DNA of 64,000 nt from assembly GCA_951406725.2 (NCBI GenBank), contig OX597814.1, forward strand, positions 151,280,001 through 151,344,000, given 5' to 3'. The stretch is from Octopus vulgaris (lineage: Eukaryota). The position numbers were made by a program, and so were the translations under genes. Of the stretch, positions 1-13,235 are shown one piece after another (position 1 is the stretch's first letter; every line of letters begins with the position of its first letter). The notes below the pieces were generated by a model that had not been told where the DNA came from, did not search any database, and worked only from the letters and a program-made list of their open reading frames with translations.

Positions 1-378
1 GTGTTATGTTCTTGAGCAAGATACTTCATTTTACATTGCTCCAGTCCACCAAACTGTAAATGGGCAGTCTTGTGATTGATTAGCTTACAAGGATGAGATG
101 GTGACTCAGGAAAATCACCTGAATGGAGGTCTTGTGAGCCACATTTTGTATTCAGCAATCAAAAGGATGAATAGTACAACCCATACTGTGAATCTAAATT
201 GGTTGGGATTGGTTGTTGAACTACATCAAAAGATAAATAAATAAAAATGTACATGGGCCAACATTAGAAAATCTTACATCATAAAACTTAGTTAATGAAG
301 CAATTTGTTTCTTTTGCCTTTTATTTTGATCTTTGTTGTTGCAACTCATCCTTCTTGTCATTTCTGTACTTTCTGTAG

Positions 379-474
379 TTTGGAGAGAAGGCTATTGCAG
401 AAAGAATTTCAGTGTTCAGGACTAACATTGGTCAAGAGGCTGAAAATGGTCTCAAAATATTTACCATTTTCTGA
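379..474 (+). CDS. Probable terminal coding exon of a gene entering from the left (FGEKAIAERISVFRTNIGQEAENGLKIFTIF*); family not identified
   Basis: Long pyrimidine tract ending ttctgtag at 378, then 31 open phase-0 codons to TGA at 472-474, then AT-rich UTR-like sequence with AATAAA near 1075. Confidence 0.6.
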   Translation, partial: FGEKAIAERISVFRTNIGQEAENGLKIFTIF

Positions 475-1340
475 CATTATCAGGGCTATTAAAATCATGA
501 CCAAGTATTTGAAAACCTTCTGTAGAAAGTTGTACACAATACTTTTGGTTTTCTTTCATGTATAGATTGAGATAGATCAAGTTACCAGCTGAGAAAAGGA
601 CTTCTGGTAGCTGCTCACATTTCAGAGTATAAGCAATTTCATTTCTGTCTCAAGTTATATACCTTGTTGTTGCACAAAGTAGAATCAGTATTGCAATAAT
701 GTTTTTGTCTACAGTTAATCAATAGATTTCCAAAAACTTTCTAACAAATCTCATAGGTATTAAAACCACCTCTGACACCTATTCACAGTTGCTGGATGTA
801 TTCAAATTATATTTTATTGATGTAGATTTTCCATTTTCATTTTTGCATATAGTTTATAAAAAACAAAGTGGATAAACTCATTAAAGAGGTTTTCTTTTTT
901 TTTCTAGGAAGAACAACTGAAGAAATTAATTACAAGAGCTCATAAGTCAATAACACAGTATAATAAGATGTGCAAATTTAAGAAGAAAACAAATAAGTCA
1001 AGAAAAAAATAAATATATTTTTGTAAATTTGAACATGAGTTACTGGTTTTATTTGTAAATGCTCTAATTGCTGTAATAAAAACTAATATTCTAGAAATTT
1101 TAAGAATGTCATGCTAAATTTTGTGGGCGCCAATCTTCATGTCAATGAGTTGATCTAATTTTAATATAAATGCTTTCAAGCTTAAAATACTGGTTTATTT
1201 TAAAGACAGATTTGTAGAGGAAGGGAATAATAATGCCGTGAGAGAAAACAAAAATAAAATTGATCTCACTGTGCAGCACCTTGGGAAAGTGTCTTCTTAC
1301 ATAAACTCAGTGTATGTATATGGCTTATTTGTGTGAAAAC

Positions 1341-1674
1341 CAATAAACCAGTTTCGTCTTTGGATTTGGTTTGCAAGATTCTTTATATGAGTTCGTGTGT
1401 TGAAGCATATTCTGTTGTGTCTAGGGAGAGCCATTTTCTTTTTGTGCCTTATAATGTAACACACTCACCAGTAAAATTTCCACTTATTTCTTATTTTTAT
1501 TTTCCTAAAATTTTCATTGCATCTTGCAATAGTCAAGACTATTGAAAAGCTTGCAAGATGCAACAAAAATTTTAGGAAAATGAAAATAAGAAATAAGTGG
1601 AAATCTTACCGGTGAGTGTGTTACATTATAAGGCACAAAAAGAAAATGACTCTCCCCAGACACAATAAACCAGT
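1341..1674. mobile_element. Fold-back repeat (two inverted copies), possibly a Penelope-like terminus
   Basis: ~1415-1529 is the near-perfect reverse complement of ~1551-1665. The element is bounded by direct repeat caataaaccagt (1341-1352, 1663-1674). A single-arm copy lies at ~33270-33418. Confidence 0.6.
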
Positions 1675-2151
1675 GTTCAGACAAATACCTTGTGCAATAT
1701 ATTTCACATAAGTTGCAGGCACCTACCCACCATAACAATTGATATTCTAAAACCAAGGTTCCACATAAAGAGCATTGGTGCTGGTGCCACGTAAAATGCA
1801 CTGATGCTGGTGCCACATAAAAAGTGCTAGTGCCATGTAAAAAGCATGTGCTGGTGCTGTGTCAGAAGCACCCAGTACCTTCTGTAAAGTGGTTGGCTTT
1901 AGGAAGGGCATCCAGCTGTAGAAAACAAGTCAAAACAATATGGAACCTGGTGTGGACTCTGGCCTTGCCAACTCCTGTCAAGCCATCCAACCCATGGAAA
2001 ACAGATGTTTGAAGATGATTATGAGGGTACAAAGAAATTCCCGTCAGTCTTGCAGTCAGAAAGGCTGTGAACCAGTGATTAACCTGTGGTAACCAAAATG
2101 ACATTATTGGTTCACAAAATGCATAATATAAAAAAAACAACTAATAAATAT

Positions 2152-2575
2152 ATAGGTGCAGGTGTTGCTATGTGGTAAAAAGCTTACTTCACAACCACAT
2201 GGCTCCAGGTTCAGTCCCAATTTGTAGCACCTTGGGCAAGTCTCCTTTATATTTTTCATTGTATGAATATGTCTAATGTGTTGAAGATCCATTTTTCCCC
2301 AGTGTTTTCATTTTCAGGATGTTCCCTCTCAAACCTAGCATTAGTCTAGGGTTGACCAAAGCCTTGTGAGTGGATTAGGTTGAAGGAAACTGAAAGAAGT
2401 TCATTATATATATGTGTGTGTGTTTATCTTTGTATTTGCCCCCCACCACCACTTGCCAACTGATGTTGGTGTGTATTTACGTCCCCATAGCTTAGTGGTT
2501 CAGCTAATGAGACTGATAGAATAAGCACCAGGCTTTAAAAAAAGAGGTACTGGGGTCAATTCATTTAACTAAAAG
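2152..2575 (+). mobile_element. Old copy of the main tRNA-headed SINE (family A, Octopus OK/OR-like), interrupted by a 100-bp local insertion
   Basis: Degenerate match to the younger copies (ggttcagtccc...gcaccttgggcaag...ccaaagccttgtgagtgga...aactgaaagaag), with CpG to TpG/CpA decay. Confidence 0.8.
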
Positions 2576-2889
2576 AGAAAAACTTAACCTTTTAACATTT
2601 AAACTGGCCCAATATTTTATGTTTTATGTTCAAACTGGCCAGATCTGACCACTCACACTCACCCTACAATGTCATTCGAAAACTATACAACCATATTGAA
2701 ATTTGGAAGCTATAAAATAAAGTATAATTAATTCAAAACATGAATAAATAAGCATTACATTTGACAGAATAATCTGAATGCTAAAGGGTTAAGTTGGTGC
2801 TCCAGTATGGCCACAGTCTAATGACTGAAACAAAAGATAGAAGACAAATATATCATGCCTATAATTTACACTAACAGTGTAAATTATGG

Positions 2890-3450
2890 CATGTGAAAAA
2901 ACATTTGAGCAAGGTCGTTGCCAGTGCCGCTGGACTGGCTCCTGTGCAGGTGGCACATAAAAAGCACCATTTGAGCGTGGCGCTGCCAGTATGCCTGACC
3001 GGCCCTCGTGCCGGTGGCACGTAAAAGCACCCACTACACTCTCGGAGTGGTTGGCTTTAGGAAGGGCATCCAGCTGTAGAGACTCTGCCAGATCAGATTG
3101 GAGTCTGGTGCAGCCCTCAGTCAAATCATCCAACCCATGCCAGCATGGAAAGCAGACGTTAAACGATGATGATGAGTGTGTGTGTGTGTATGTGTATGCT
3201 GGTGGCATGTAAAAAGCACCATTCGAGTGTGGCCAATGTTAGTGCTGCCTGACTGGCACCTGTGCCAGTGGCATATAAAAAGCACCGGCTACACTCTCAG
3301 AGTGGTTGGCATTAGGAAGGGCATCCAGCTGTAGAAACCTTGCCAAATCAGACTGGAGCCTGGTGCAACCTCCCGGCTTGCCAGTCTTCAGTCAAACTGT
3401 CCAACCTATGCCAGCATGGAAAGCAGATGTTAGATGATGATGATGATGAT
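2890..3450 (+). mobile_element. Two tandem copies of retroposon family C with (GAT)n tail
   Basis: Core gtggttggcgttaggaagggcatccagctgtagaaac...ccaacccatgccagcatggaaagc then gatgatgat. Other copies at ~1770-2020, 6060-6620, 7502-7685(-), 10840-10985, 11130-11345, 12408-12900(-), 22215-22360(-), 24100-24260(-). Confidence 0.8.
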
Positions 3451-3635
3451 TTTCTTGGAAGTGTAAGTCAATATTCATTAATGTATTTTATTACTGAAGA
3501 TTGATATGATAATCAGCTCTTTTTTAATCAAATTTCAAGGACAGAGAAAATTATTCAAATATTTCAGTTTCGCCCACTTTGTTGTCCTTTGAATGTTCCT
3601 TGTTGTAAACTTCCTTGTTACCAGATAGAATTAAA

Positions 3636-4811
3636 TATGAGGGTGTGCTGAAAAGTTAATAGGCTGACTATGAAAGAGTTACGCTAGAGCTGTGAAATCT
3701 TGCGTGCATTAATTTCGGCTCTTCTTAATAACTGTTTTGTTTCTCTCCCGGTAAACTGAAAGTCTTCTTTGAACAGACATATCTGACTGTTCAAAGAAGA
3801 CTTTCAAAAGTAACTAATTGCAACTTCTCTTGAAAATGGACAAAATTTGACGTAATGGTGTTATCAAGTACCTGTAGTAAAAGGGTCTAACCCCCAAAGA
3901 CATTCATGCTGACATGGTTGCTACATTAGGGGATGATACTTTAGCTTTATCAACAGTGCAAGAGTGGGCAGCTGAATTTAGGAGGAGAAGGGAGAGTCTT
4001 GAAGATGATCCAAGGTCTGGATGTCCTGCAACCATCACCACCAAGGAAAACATTGTGTTCACCACATGGTGATGGATGACAGGTGGTTGACTATAAATTA
4101 AATAGCCAATGCTATTAGCATATCCCATGAGAGAGTCGAGAATATTCTACATAATGAACTTGTCATGATGAAGGTTTCTGATTGGTGGGTGATTACAACA
4201 TGGGAAAATTTGACATTGTATGACGCAGGTCCAGCTGGTTTTCTTGAATATTTCCTAAGCCAGGATGAGTGTTGGGTTAAGCCAGAGACAATCCATGCAG
4301 TGGAAACACTCCTTCTCACCTGCTCCAAAAAGGCCAAGGTCATTACATTTGCAATGGGCTACACTGTCAATGTAGAGTACTATGCCAACTTGCTAAGGCA
4401 GTTATGGAAAGCTATCAAGACCAAACACCCAGGAAAACTGATGAAAGGGGGTTTTTTTCATCAGGACAATGGTCCAGCACTAAAGTCCTTGGTTTTAATG
4501 GCTGCTGTGCATGACTGTGGCGTTGAACTGGTTGATCACCCTCCGTATTCTTCTGATTTGGCTACATTTGACTATCATGTGTCCCAACATGAAAAAATAC
4601 TTGGCTGAAAACCAGTATCACAGTAATCTGCTGTTGACTACTTTTTGACCAACAGGATGAAAACGTTTTTACCAATTTGATCCAAGCACTGTAACACCAA
4701 TGGAAGAAGACTGTGGAATGTAAGGGGGACTATGTTGAAAAATAAGTCACATTTGGTCACATTCCATAAGAGTATCTTGGTTGGTCTATGAATCTTTCAG
4801 CCGAACCTCAA
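3636..4811 (+). mobile_element. Decayed mariner transposon with transposase pseudogene
   Basis: Relic motifs TVQEWAAEFRRRRESLEDDPRSGCP, QDECW, FFHQDNGPA, DHPPYSSDLA. Degenerate TIRs tatgagggtgtgctgaaaagtt and atctttcagccgaacctca. Frameshifts and stops. Confidence 0.9.
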
Positions 4812-5747
4812 ATTTTGTCTAACAGCATGATACTCTATTAATAATGAAAGACATAATAAAACTTAACCAGTTGAATACTATGGTTGGTTAACATGAAAAA
4901 TTTTTGGAATGTTTTGTACAATGCTAGATGTGATCAGATTTTAAATTTTAACAAGTGATATATTCAGTTTCAAATATTTACACATATTAATATACTATTG
5001 TTTATGGTTAACCTATATAAATAAATTTTCAAAAACTTTCCAACAAACTACAAGTAGTATTAAAAATACTTCTGACACCTAATAATATTTGTTGGTTGTC
5101 TATTTCTAAATTAGAATAATTTATATTTTGATACAATTCTATTAGGGATATATACTAAATTGACAATAAAGCAACTGTGTTGAAGCTCATGGTAATCTAA
5201 TGCTAAGCTTGAGAGGGAACATCCTGAAAATGAAAACACTGGGGGAAAATGCATCTTCAACACATTAGACATATTTATACAATGAAAAATATAAAGTGTC
5301 ATCTATAAAGTAAAAATAGCAGACAAATTTCCCTCAAATCATACATAATTTTTTTAAAAGAGAGGACACAGTGGACATCTATTAGGGCTATCTAGGATTG
5401 TACATTGTTGAAATGTCATTGACCTGGTCCTCACCAGGGGCCAAACAATAACTTGCAGATAAATTTCTTAAGTAATGAGTGAGGATATGTTTTATTACTT
5501 GCAAAGTCTCTCCTAATAAAAGCATGAACTTGCATGGAGAGGGATGTTTCTTTTACTTACTCAAGTAAACTGGAATAAGCAGTGTTAGTTACCTTGCTAT
5601 ATACAGAATGTAATGACATCTGGTCCAGCACATTATGAGTGAGAAGACTCCACCAACCCCAAACTTATTTTTCTCTCTCTCTCTCATACAATCAGTCATC
5701 CAGACAAAAAAATGTATTTATTATTAATGCCATTCCAACCTTGAACT

Positions 5748-5897
5748 ATTTTCTGCTTTAGTTCCATTTTTAATTTACCTAATTTATGACTCATTTCTGT
5801 TTAAAAACTGCCTCCATTGATGTAGACAAAGGAGTCATTTTTTAAACAGAAGTGAATCATAAATTACATAAATTAAAAATAGAACTAAAGCATAAAA
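5748..5897. repeat. 150-bp imperfect palindrome (MITE-like hairpin)
   Basis: ttttctgctttagttcc...aaaaactgcctcc pairs with ggagtca...gaactaaagcataaaa; arms ~67 bp, short loop. Confidence 0.8.
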
Positions 5898-6690
5898 ATT
5901 TTTTTGCCCACAATTCATTTAACATTGGTTTCAAATTATTTCTCAAGGCCAGAAATTTTGGGGGAGAGTATAAGTTGATCATATTGACCTGTGTTTAACA
6001 GGTACTTACCTTATCAATCCCAAAAGGATGAAAAGATGAAAGGCTTGATTCATCAAGACAAGGGAAATCATAATCATGGTTACTGCCAATGACATGTGAA
6101 TGGCACCCATAAAATCATAATTGTGACCATTGCTAGTATAGTGTGATCTTCGAATGTCAGGCCTCACTTAGGTGATGACAAGTGACCAAGACCTTTCACA
6201 ATCTGCTATGCTTGAGAAGACTTATCAAGCCAAGTGAAATCATAATTGTGGTTATTGCCAGTGTTGTGTGAATGGAACCCGTGGAATCGTAGTCATGGTC
6301 ATTACCAGGAGCATAATTTTCGGATGCTAGGTCTCACGGAGGCAATAACAAGTGACTAAGACCTTTGGGGATATATACAGTGCTTAAGAAGACACAACAA
6401 GCCAAGTGAAATTGTGGCTGTGGCTGTTGCTGGTGTCATGTAAATGGTAACCGTGCTGGTGACACATACAAAGCACCCATTACGCCCTCAGAATGGTTGC
6501 CATTAGGAAGGGCATCAAGCCAAATCAGACCTGGTGCAGCTCTCCGGCTTACCAGTTCTAGTCAAACTGTCCAACCCATGTCAGCATGGAAAGCAGACAT
6601 TAAATGATGATGATGATGAATGTAAAGACATGAAATGCCACTAAGCATTTTGCCCAGTATGCTAACAATTCTGCCGACTCACTTACATAT

Positions 6691-6780
6691 GGCAGGTGGC
6701 TTGATACGATCTTATATTTTGGCAGGTGGCTTGATACGATCTTATATTTTGGCAGGTGGCTTGATATGATCTTATATTTC
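6691..6780. repeat. 30-bp tandem repeat, three copies
   Basis: ggcaggtggcttgatacgatcttatatttt repeated three times with minor changes. Confidence 0.95.
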
Positions 6781-8507
6781 TGAAACATGTTCAGAGCTGC
6801 CACCACACTTATCAACGATCAGACTCACTTCCTCATTGCGTTATCTCAATTCAATTTGTCATCATTTTGAATTGAGTTACCTCCCTTACACAAGGCCAAG
6901 AATTTTGATAAGGAGGTTCCAGTAGTAGACAGGTTCAAGTATTCCCCCTTGTGCCTAAATCAGAAACAATAATTAAAGGAAAAGCAAGGTTCTTGACTTA
7001 TTATTTAGGCCGAAAGCTTTTTATATTATTTTTATGTTCTCTTCCAAATGTTGGACAAGACCTATTAAGGAAGTATTCTACTAACACTCTCGGTGTCATT
7101 TTTATTTTTTGGTTAAGGAGTGAGAAATTAGTACACTAAGTACATTAGCATCCACTTAACTGTACTCACCAAAAGTACAACACTAAGTTTCCTCTTATCT
7201 TGTAATCAGCTGTGCTGACAAATTTTACCATTCAGACATGGTATTAAAGTTTTACATATGAAAAATCCCCCACAAGGAATAAATACTTTTGCTTGCTATT
7301 TTTTATTTCATTATTCATACCTTCCTGAATGGGATGTTTGTTTTTACAGTGTTTTACTGGAATACTTTCTACTTTTAAATATTCTAGTTCAGCTTGAATA
7401 GAACTGTTTTGTTAGAGAGTTATCAATGACAACCATGCACAACAACAATGGCTTTAAGTTAATAAAGGTGCCTCTACATCGTCACTTGACCTATAAAGAA
7501 ATCATCATCATCATCATCGTTTAATGTCCATTTTCCATGCTAGCATGGGTTGGACGGTTCAACTGGGGTCTGGGAAGCCAGAAGGCTGCGCCAGGCCCAG
7601 TCTGATCTGGCAGTGTTTCTACAGCTGGATGCCCTTCCTAACACCAACCACTCCGTGAGTGTAGTGGGTGCTTTTTACGTGCCACATAATAGTAAAATCT
7701 CTCTCAAACTACATGCTATTGTCTAAAAAGCAGAAACTATGTTTACCCTTTAGCATTCAAACTGACCATATCAGGCCCAAATATTCTACTTTTTTTATGT
7801 TTAAAATGGCCAGATCTGAAGACACCTCCGAAAGCGGGTTGGAGGCTGCCACGTCAAAACGGTAGAGGAGTAGGGGCCGAAACCGGACATGGTTCCTCCT
7901 GATGATTGTCTTGAGCTAACTGGATCCTATAAAGGAGCTGTTGTGGTAGCAGACCATGAAATATGGTTGAAATTCCTTCTTATACCTTCCTTACAATATG
8001 ATTCTAAAAACAAACAATCACATCATCAAAATCTCAGAGCCACAAGATATTGCAGGGTTAATTCACACACATGTGCTGCTAAAACTAGCACAGGTTCAAG
8101 GATACTAACTGTCCATCACCTGACTAACCTAACACAAAAAGACCAAATAAGTTTTTTTTTTAGTTTGCTGGATCTGGAGGAAGAGGCAGTATTCATGTCT
8201 TTTGCTGGCCATCTGGAACCAGTGAGATTGATTCCTTTTATGTTCCACTTAAATTGCCTATCCTTAACTTCATATAATGTAAGGTCAATTATTTCATGCT
8301 ACTTTTAAAACACCTGCTATTACTTCTGTCTTGGACACATTAACCATTTTTTAAAATGTTTTGAACTTATTCTTCCGCCTTCTTTATTTCTTCAATAGAT
8401 TTTGTAATAAGAACATGATTGTTAGTTTATAAGCACTCCCAGCACATCATCATCATCATCGTTTAGCGTCCGTTTTCCATGCTAGCATGGGTTGGACTAC
8501 ACAGTGT

Positions 8508-8560
8508 TTCCATGCCGGGAATCGAACCCGGGCCACCTGGGTGAAAGCCAGGAATCCTGA
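8508..8560 (-). pseudogene. 5'-truncated tRNA-Glu(TTC) fragment
   Basis: Minus strand reads tcaggattcctggctTTCacccaggtggcccgggttcgattcccggcatggaaa: the anticodon arm, T arm and 3' acceptor strand of metazoan tRNA-Glu. The 5' acceptor strand and A box are missing. Confidence 0.85.
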
Positions 8561-9139
8561 TAGGAAGAGTAAAGAGTTGAGAAAAGAACTGTAGGGGATA
8601 CCACTACTCACCCACCTACTATTATATGCACTGCATTCTACACCCAGTACACTCATTCTGATGCTGCTTTTATCATTCCTAATGTTATTTTCATTCCAAA
8701 AATAGTATTCTTATTGTCCACATGTAGCCTAATAACAGACTTCTCCAAAACAAATGCCAAATAGAGCTATTTGCTCTCAGAATGGTTATAACACAGATGT
8801 TTGTGTTTTATGAAAACTTATATTTGGAAACACAAGAGCTGTACAGAAGAAGAAGAACCATTAGTATAGTTGATTGGTTTGCTTGAAATCATAGCCAAAC
8901 TTGCATCCAAGTACAACCTATCATTTAAAAAAACACATTGCATTTGCTTGTGACTTAATCAGGTCCTTCATGAATTGTGGAGAAGAAATATGGCCCATAG
9001 CTAGTTGCTGTGAGAAGCAGCACATTAGGATAGCACGTTATTGTCAGACCCAGTCTGAATACTAGTATAAAAGTATAATTGACTGAATGCATAGGAATGC
9101 CAGGTGGTGATGTTAAACTAGGTGACAGATTAGATTACT

Positions 9140-9515
9140 ACCGACACATAAAAAGCACCATCCGAACGTGGCTGATGCCAGCGCCGCCTTAACTGGCTTC
9201 TGTGCCGGTGGCACACAAAAAGCACCATCCGAACGGGGCCGATGCCAGCGCCGCCTTGGCTGGCTTCCGTGCCGGTGGCACGTTAAAAGCACCAACCGTT
9301 CGTGGCCGATGCCAGACTTCCCTGGCACCTGTGCCGGTGGCACGTAAAAAGCACCCACTACACTCGCGGAGTGGTTGGCGTTAGGAAGGGCATCCAGCTG
9401 TAGAAACACTGCCAGATCAGACCGGAGCCTGGTGCAGCCCCTGGCTTCCCAGACCCCGGTCAAACCGTCCAACCCATGCTAGCGTGGAAAACGGACGTTA
9501 AACGATGATGATGAT
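9140..9515 (+). mobile_element. Young family C retroposon with internal tandem subrepeats
   Basis: Repeated tgccggtggcac...aaaagcacc units, family core and (GAT)n tail; CpGs intact. Confidence 0.85.
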
Positions 9516-10019
9516 ATATGTGGGAACATGTGGATTAGTGGCTAGGATATTAGACTCATGATCATAAAACTGTGATTTCAATTCCTGGACCTGGTAATAC
9601 ATTGTGTTCTTGAGCAGAATACTTCCTTTTACATTGCTGCAGTTCATTCAGCTGGCAAAACTGGGCAATCCTGCATTGACTAGCATCTCATCCAGTGGGG
9701 AATATGTGCTATGGAAACCAGGAAACTGACCCTATTTGTCTACATGATTCAAGAAGTAACTCTAGATAATCCATGTCTCAACACTTTAGCATTCAGATCA
9801 TTTTGTCAAATGTAATGTTTATTTATTCACATTGTTTTGAATAATCATGCATTATCTTGTAGCTTTGAGATTTCATCGATGTAATTATTTTTAGAATGAC
9901 ATTGTAGGGTAGGTGCAAGAGGTTGGATCTAGCCAATTTGAACATAAAAGTAGTAAGATAATTGGGTTGGATATGGCCAGTTTATTTGCTAGAGAGTTAA
10001 TAAAAGGGGAGATGATCAT

Positions 10020-10260
10020 GACTGGAACAATTCTGCCAGTTCACTTGCTCATGAAGTGAGAAAAAGCACAGTATCAGTTCATTCAATTTTAACAGAGGAT
10101 TTGTGCATTTATAGAGTGTCAATGAAATTTGTCCCCGAGGTGCTGGCGGAACAGCAGAAACAACATCAGCATGGAAATTGCTCAGGACATGCTGAACCAT
10201 GACCCAGAGTAGTTGTGAGTAGTTACTTTTGGTCACATGGGTTTATGATCTCTGCTAAAT
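10020..10260 (+). mobile_element. Mariner transposase fragment
   Basis: SVHSILTEDLCIYRVSMKFVPEVLAEQQKQ resembles the relic at ~49300 (SVHPILTEDLCMQRVSALFVP), the mariner WVP linker region. Confidence 0.7.
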
Positions 10261-12919
10261 GTGTTCAGTCATCTAGTGTGTAAACGAAAATCTGATGAGT
10301 GCACACTACATGTCTGTACTGTAGGCATAACAGCCAGAAACTTTTGTTTCATGTCTTCTATGAAAACAAGTCTGGCCATGAGAAAACATTACTTTCTTCA
10401 GAATAAGTGAGGGTTGGCAGCTGGAAGGGCATTTGGCTGTAGAAAATCTATATTAACAATTCCATTTGTTCCAAGAAATTTTTGGGGAGAGGGGTAGGGC
10501 AGTTGATTACATCGACCGCAGCACACAACTGGTACTTAATTTATTGACCCCAAAAGAATGAAAAGCAAAGTTGGTCTCAGCAAAATTTGAACTCAGAACG
10601 TAAAGACGGATGAAATACCGCTAAGCATGCTAACGTTTCTGCCAGCTCGCTGTCTTTAAACATAGGTAAAATAGACATAGAAATGATGATAATTTTTAAT
10701 GGGTTTGAAAGGCTATAATACTGAACTAAATTATTTGACATTGCATATGCAAGTAAATAGAAGTCCTACCTCTTCATTGCTATTGCGCCTATTAACTCTT
10801 ACTGAACATCAGCCCACCACCCTGTTATATATTTTATAGTTGGCGTTAGGAAGGGCATCCAGCTGTAGAAACACTGCCAGATCAGACTGGGCCTGGTGCA
10901 GTCTTCTGGCTTCCCAGACCCCAGTTGAACCATCCAACCCATGCTAGCATGGAAAACGGGCGTTAAATGATGCTGATGATGATTGCTCCGGCCCTCCTAT
11001 AAGGAGCAGCCATGTAGCTCTCCTACAGCAACAAACATGTTCTATGCTGGCCCCTTCTCACATACCTTGACTGTTTATCTCCTAGTATAAAGGCATCTAT
11101 CTCTACCACTCACTTGAAAGGGAGTTTTGTGAGCCACTTGGCAATCCCTCTAGTGCTGGGAGCATGAAAAAAGCACTCAGTACATTCTGTAAAGTAGTTG
11201 ACATTAGGTAGGGCATCCAGCTATAGAAACCATGCTAAAGGAGACACTAGGCATGATGCAGTCCTCGGATCTATCAGATCCTCTCACACTGCCCACCTCA
11301 TGCCAACATGAAAAATGGACATTAGATGTTGATGATGATGATTTGCAAGAAAGGAACAGGGCTAATCTCTTCAAGAATATACAATTCTTATATTCTGTTG
11401 AGATTTTATTTATTTATTTATTTATATACAGAATTTTAAACATTAACATGCTGGTTATTTTGGGGTTTAGGAAAAATGGCTATCATCTTTCTTGTAGATA
11501 ATCAGTAGGCCTCTAACATTAATTAATGATGACAAAATAATTCTACGTTTGATTAATGAAGCCAATATCAATATACTTTTACTGGTTTCACTCATTTGAC
11601 TGCAGCTATGCTGGACTATCACCTTCAACACTTTTAGCAAAATCTATGTATTGAAAGGCTGTTACAGATTTTACATAAAGGAACACAACTTAACATACTG
11701 GTTAGCATAAACTCAGCCATAAGCTTAGTAAAAGAGCCTGTATGTGGTCACTCCAGCTAGAAATAGCAACCAAATTAGTCTCAAATCACATGGTATTAGC
11801 TTAAATAATAAAAGGACATATTTAATAATTTATTCTTCAATAATCCCCACCAAAAATGCAGGATGGCCATGGCTGAAACAAAATTAATTACAATTCTGTT
11901 TGATCAAAACTAAACAGCAACAACAGAAGTACACACAAATATGGACTTGATTATACATATATAATAATAACAAACTTATTGTACACAGTGTTCAGGTGCA
12001 CTACAACTCATTAGGAAAAGTAACCAAAACTGCAAAACAAGGGTGGGAGGCATCAGGTGTACTGCTGGGTAATTTCAGGAAGCATGGAAGTTTTGAAGGA
12101 TGTAATATCTAGACAGATATCTGATGCAGGTATTTTATTCTATGCTTCAGCAATTCTGAGGGTGAAAAAATGTTTCCAAAATTCATGTGTAGTTTCCATC
12201 AGCATTAGTTAATTTGAGGCTTCAGGAGAAGAAACTTGTTCAAGAACCATGTGGCTGCAAAGTAAATCTCTTTACCACACAACCACATAGCCATACTTGC
12301 ATCTAAAATAGAAGAATGAGTTTCTGTAATAACTTTAGTGATTTCCATTGCTAACCATTAGTAGATGAGATAAAAAGAGAAACACAGGAACATACAAATA
12401 TATATATATCATCATCATCATCATTTAATATCCATTGTGCATGCTGGCATAGGATGGATGGTTTGACCAGGGCTGGTAAGCTGAGGGGTTGCACCAAACT
12501 CCAGTCTGATTTGGCATGGTTTCTACAGCTGGATGCCCTTCCTAACACCAACCACTCTGAAAGTGTAATGGGTGCTTTTATGTGCCACAACAATGATTTC
12601 ACTTGGTTTGATGGGTTTTCTTCTCCAGATTGGCATATTGCCAAGGGTCTCGGTCATTTGTCATAAGGTGCTTTATATGTGTCACTGGTATGGGTGCTAT
12701 TTACGCAACACTGGTACCTTTTACATGCCACCAGCATGAGCACTAGTTACATGACACCAGCATGGGCACTAGTTACATGACACCAGCATTAGCCATGACT
12801 ACAATTTCATTTTGGCTTGACAGGTCTTCATAAGCATGGCATATTGCCAAAGGTCTCGGTCACTGCCTCCTCCATGAGGCCCAACGCTTGAAGATTACGC
12901 TTATATACATACATACATA

Positions 12920-13235
12920 TATCACCGTGATCACCATGACCAACCAGGCTATTATATGTTGCTACACATCGCTGGTCACAATGCGCTTCGTATTGTTTTA
13001 GCCTTCAAATGATGCCACCCTGCTGGCTAAGTGAGCAGGCCAACAGAAGAAAGAGTGAGAGAAAGTTGTAGCGAAAAGAGTACAGCAGGGATCGCAACCA
13101 GCCCCTGCCAGAGCCTCATGGAGCTTTAGGTGTTTTCGCTCAATAAACACTCACAATGCTTGGTCTAGGAATCGAAACCGTGATCCTACAACTGCGAGTC
13201 TGCTGCCCTAACCACTGGGCCATTGCACCTCCACA
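12920..13235 (-). mobile_element. tRNA-headed SINE family D
   Basis: Minus strand begins gtggaggtgcaatggcccagtggttagggcagcagactc...ggtttcgattcc; a plus-strand copy lies at ~46020-46302. Confidence 0.8.

Noticed and set aside
305-565. 86-aa ORF in the supplied track
   Set aside because: It starts in an intron-like pyrimidine tract; the credible exon is in another frame (379-474).
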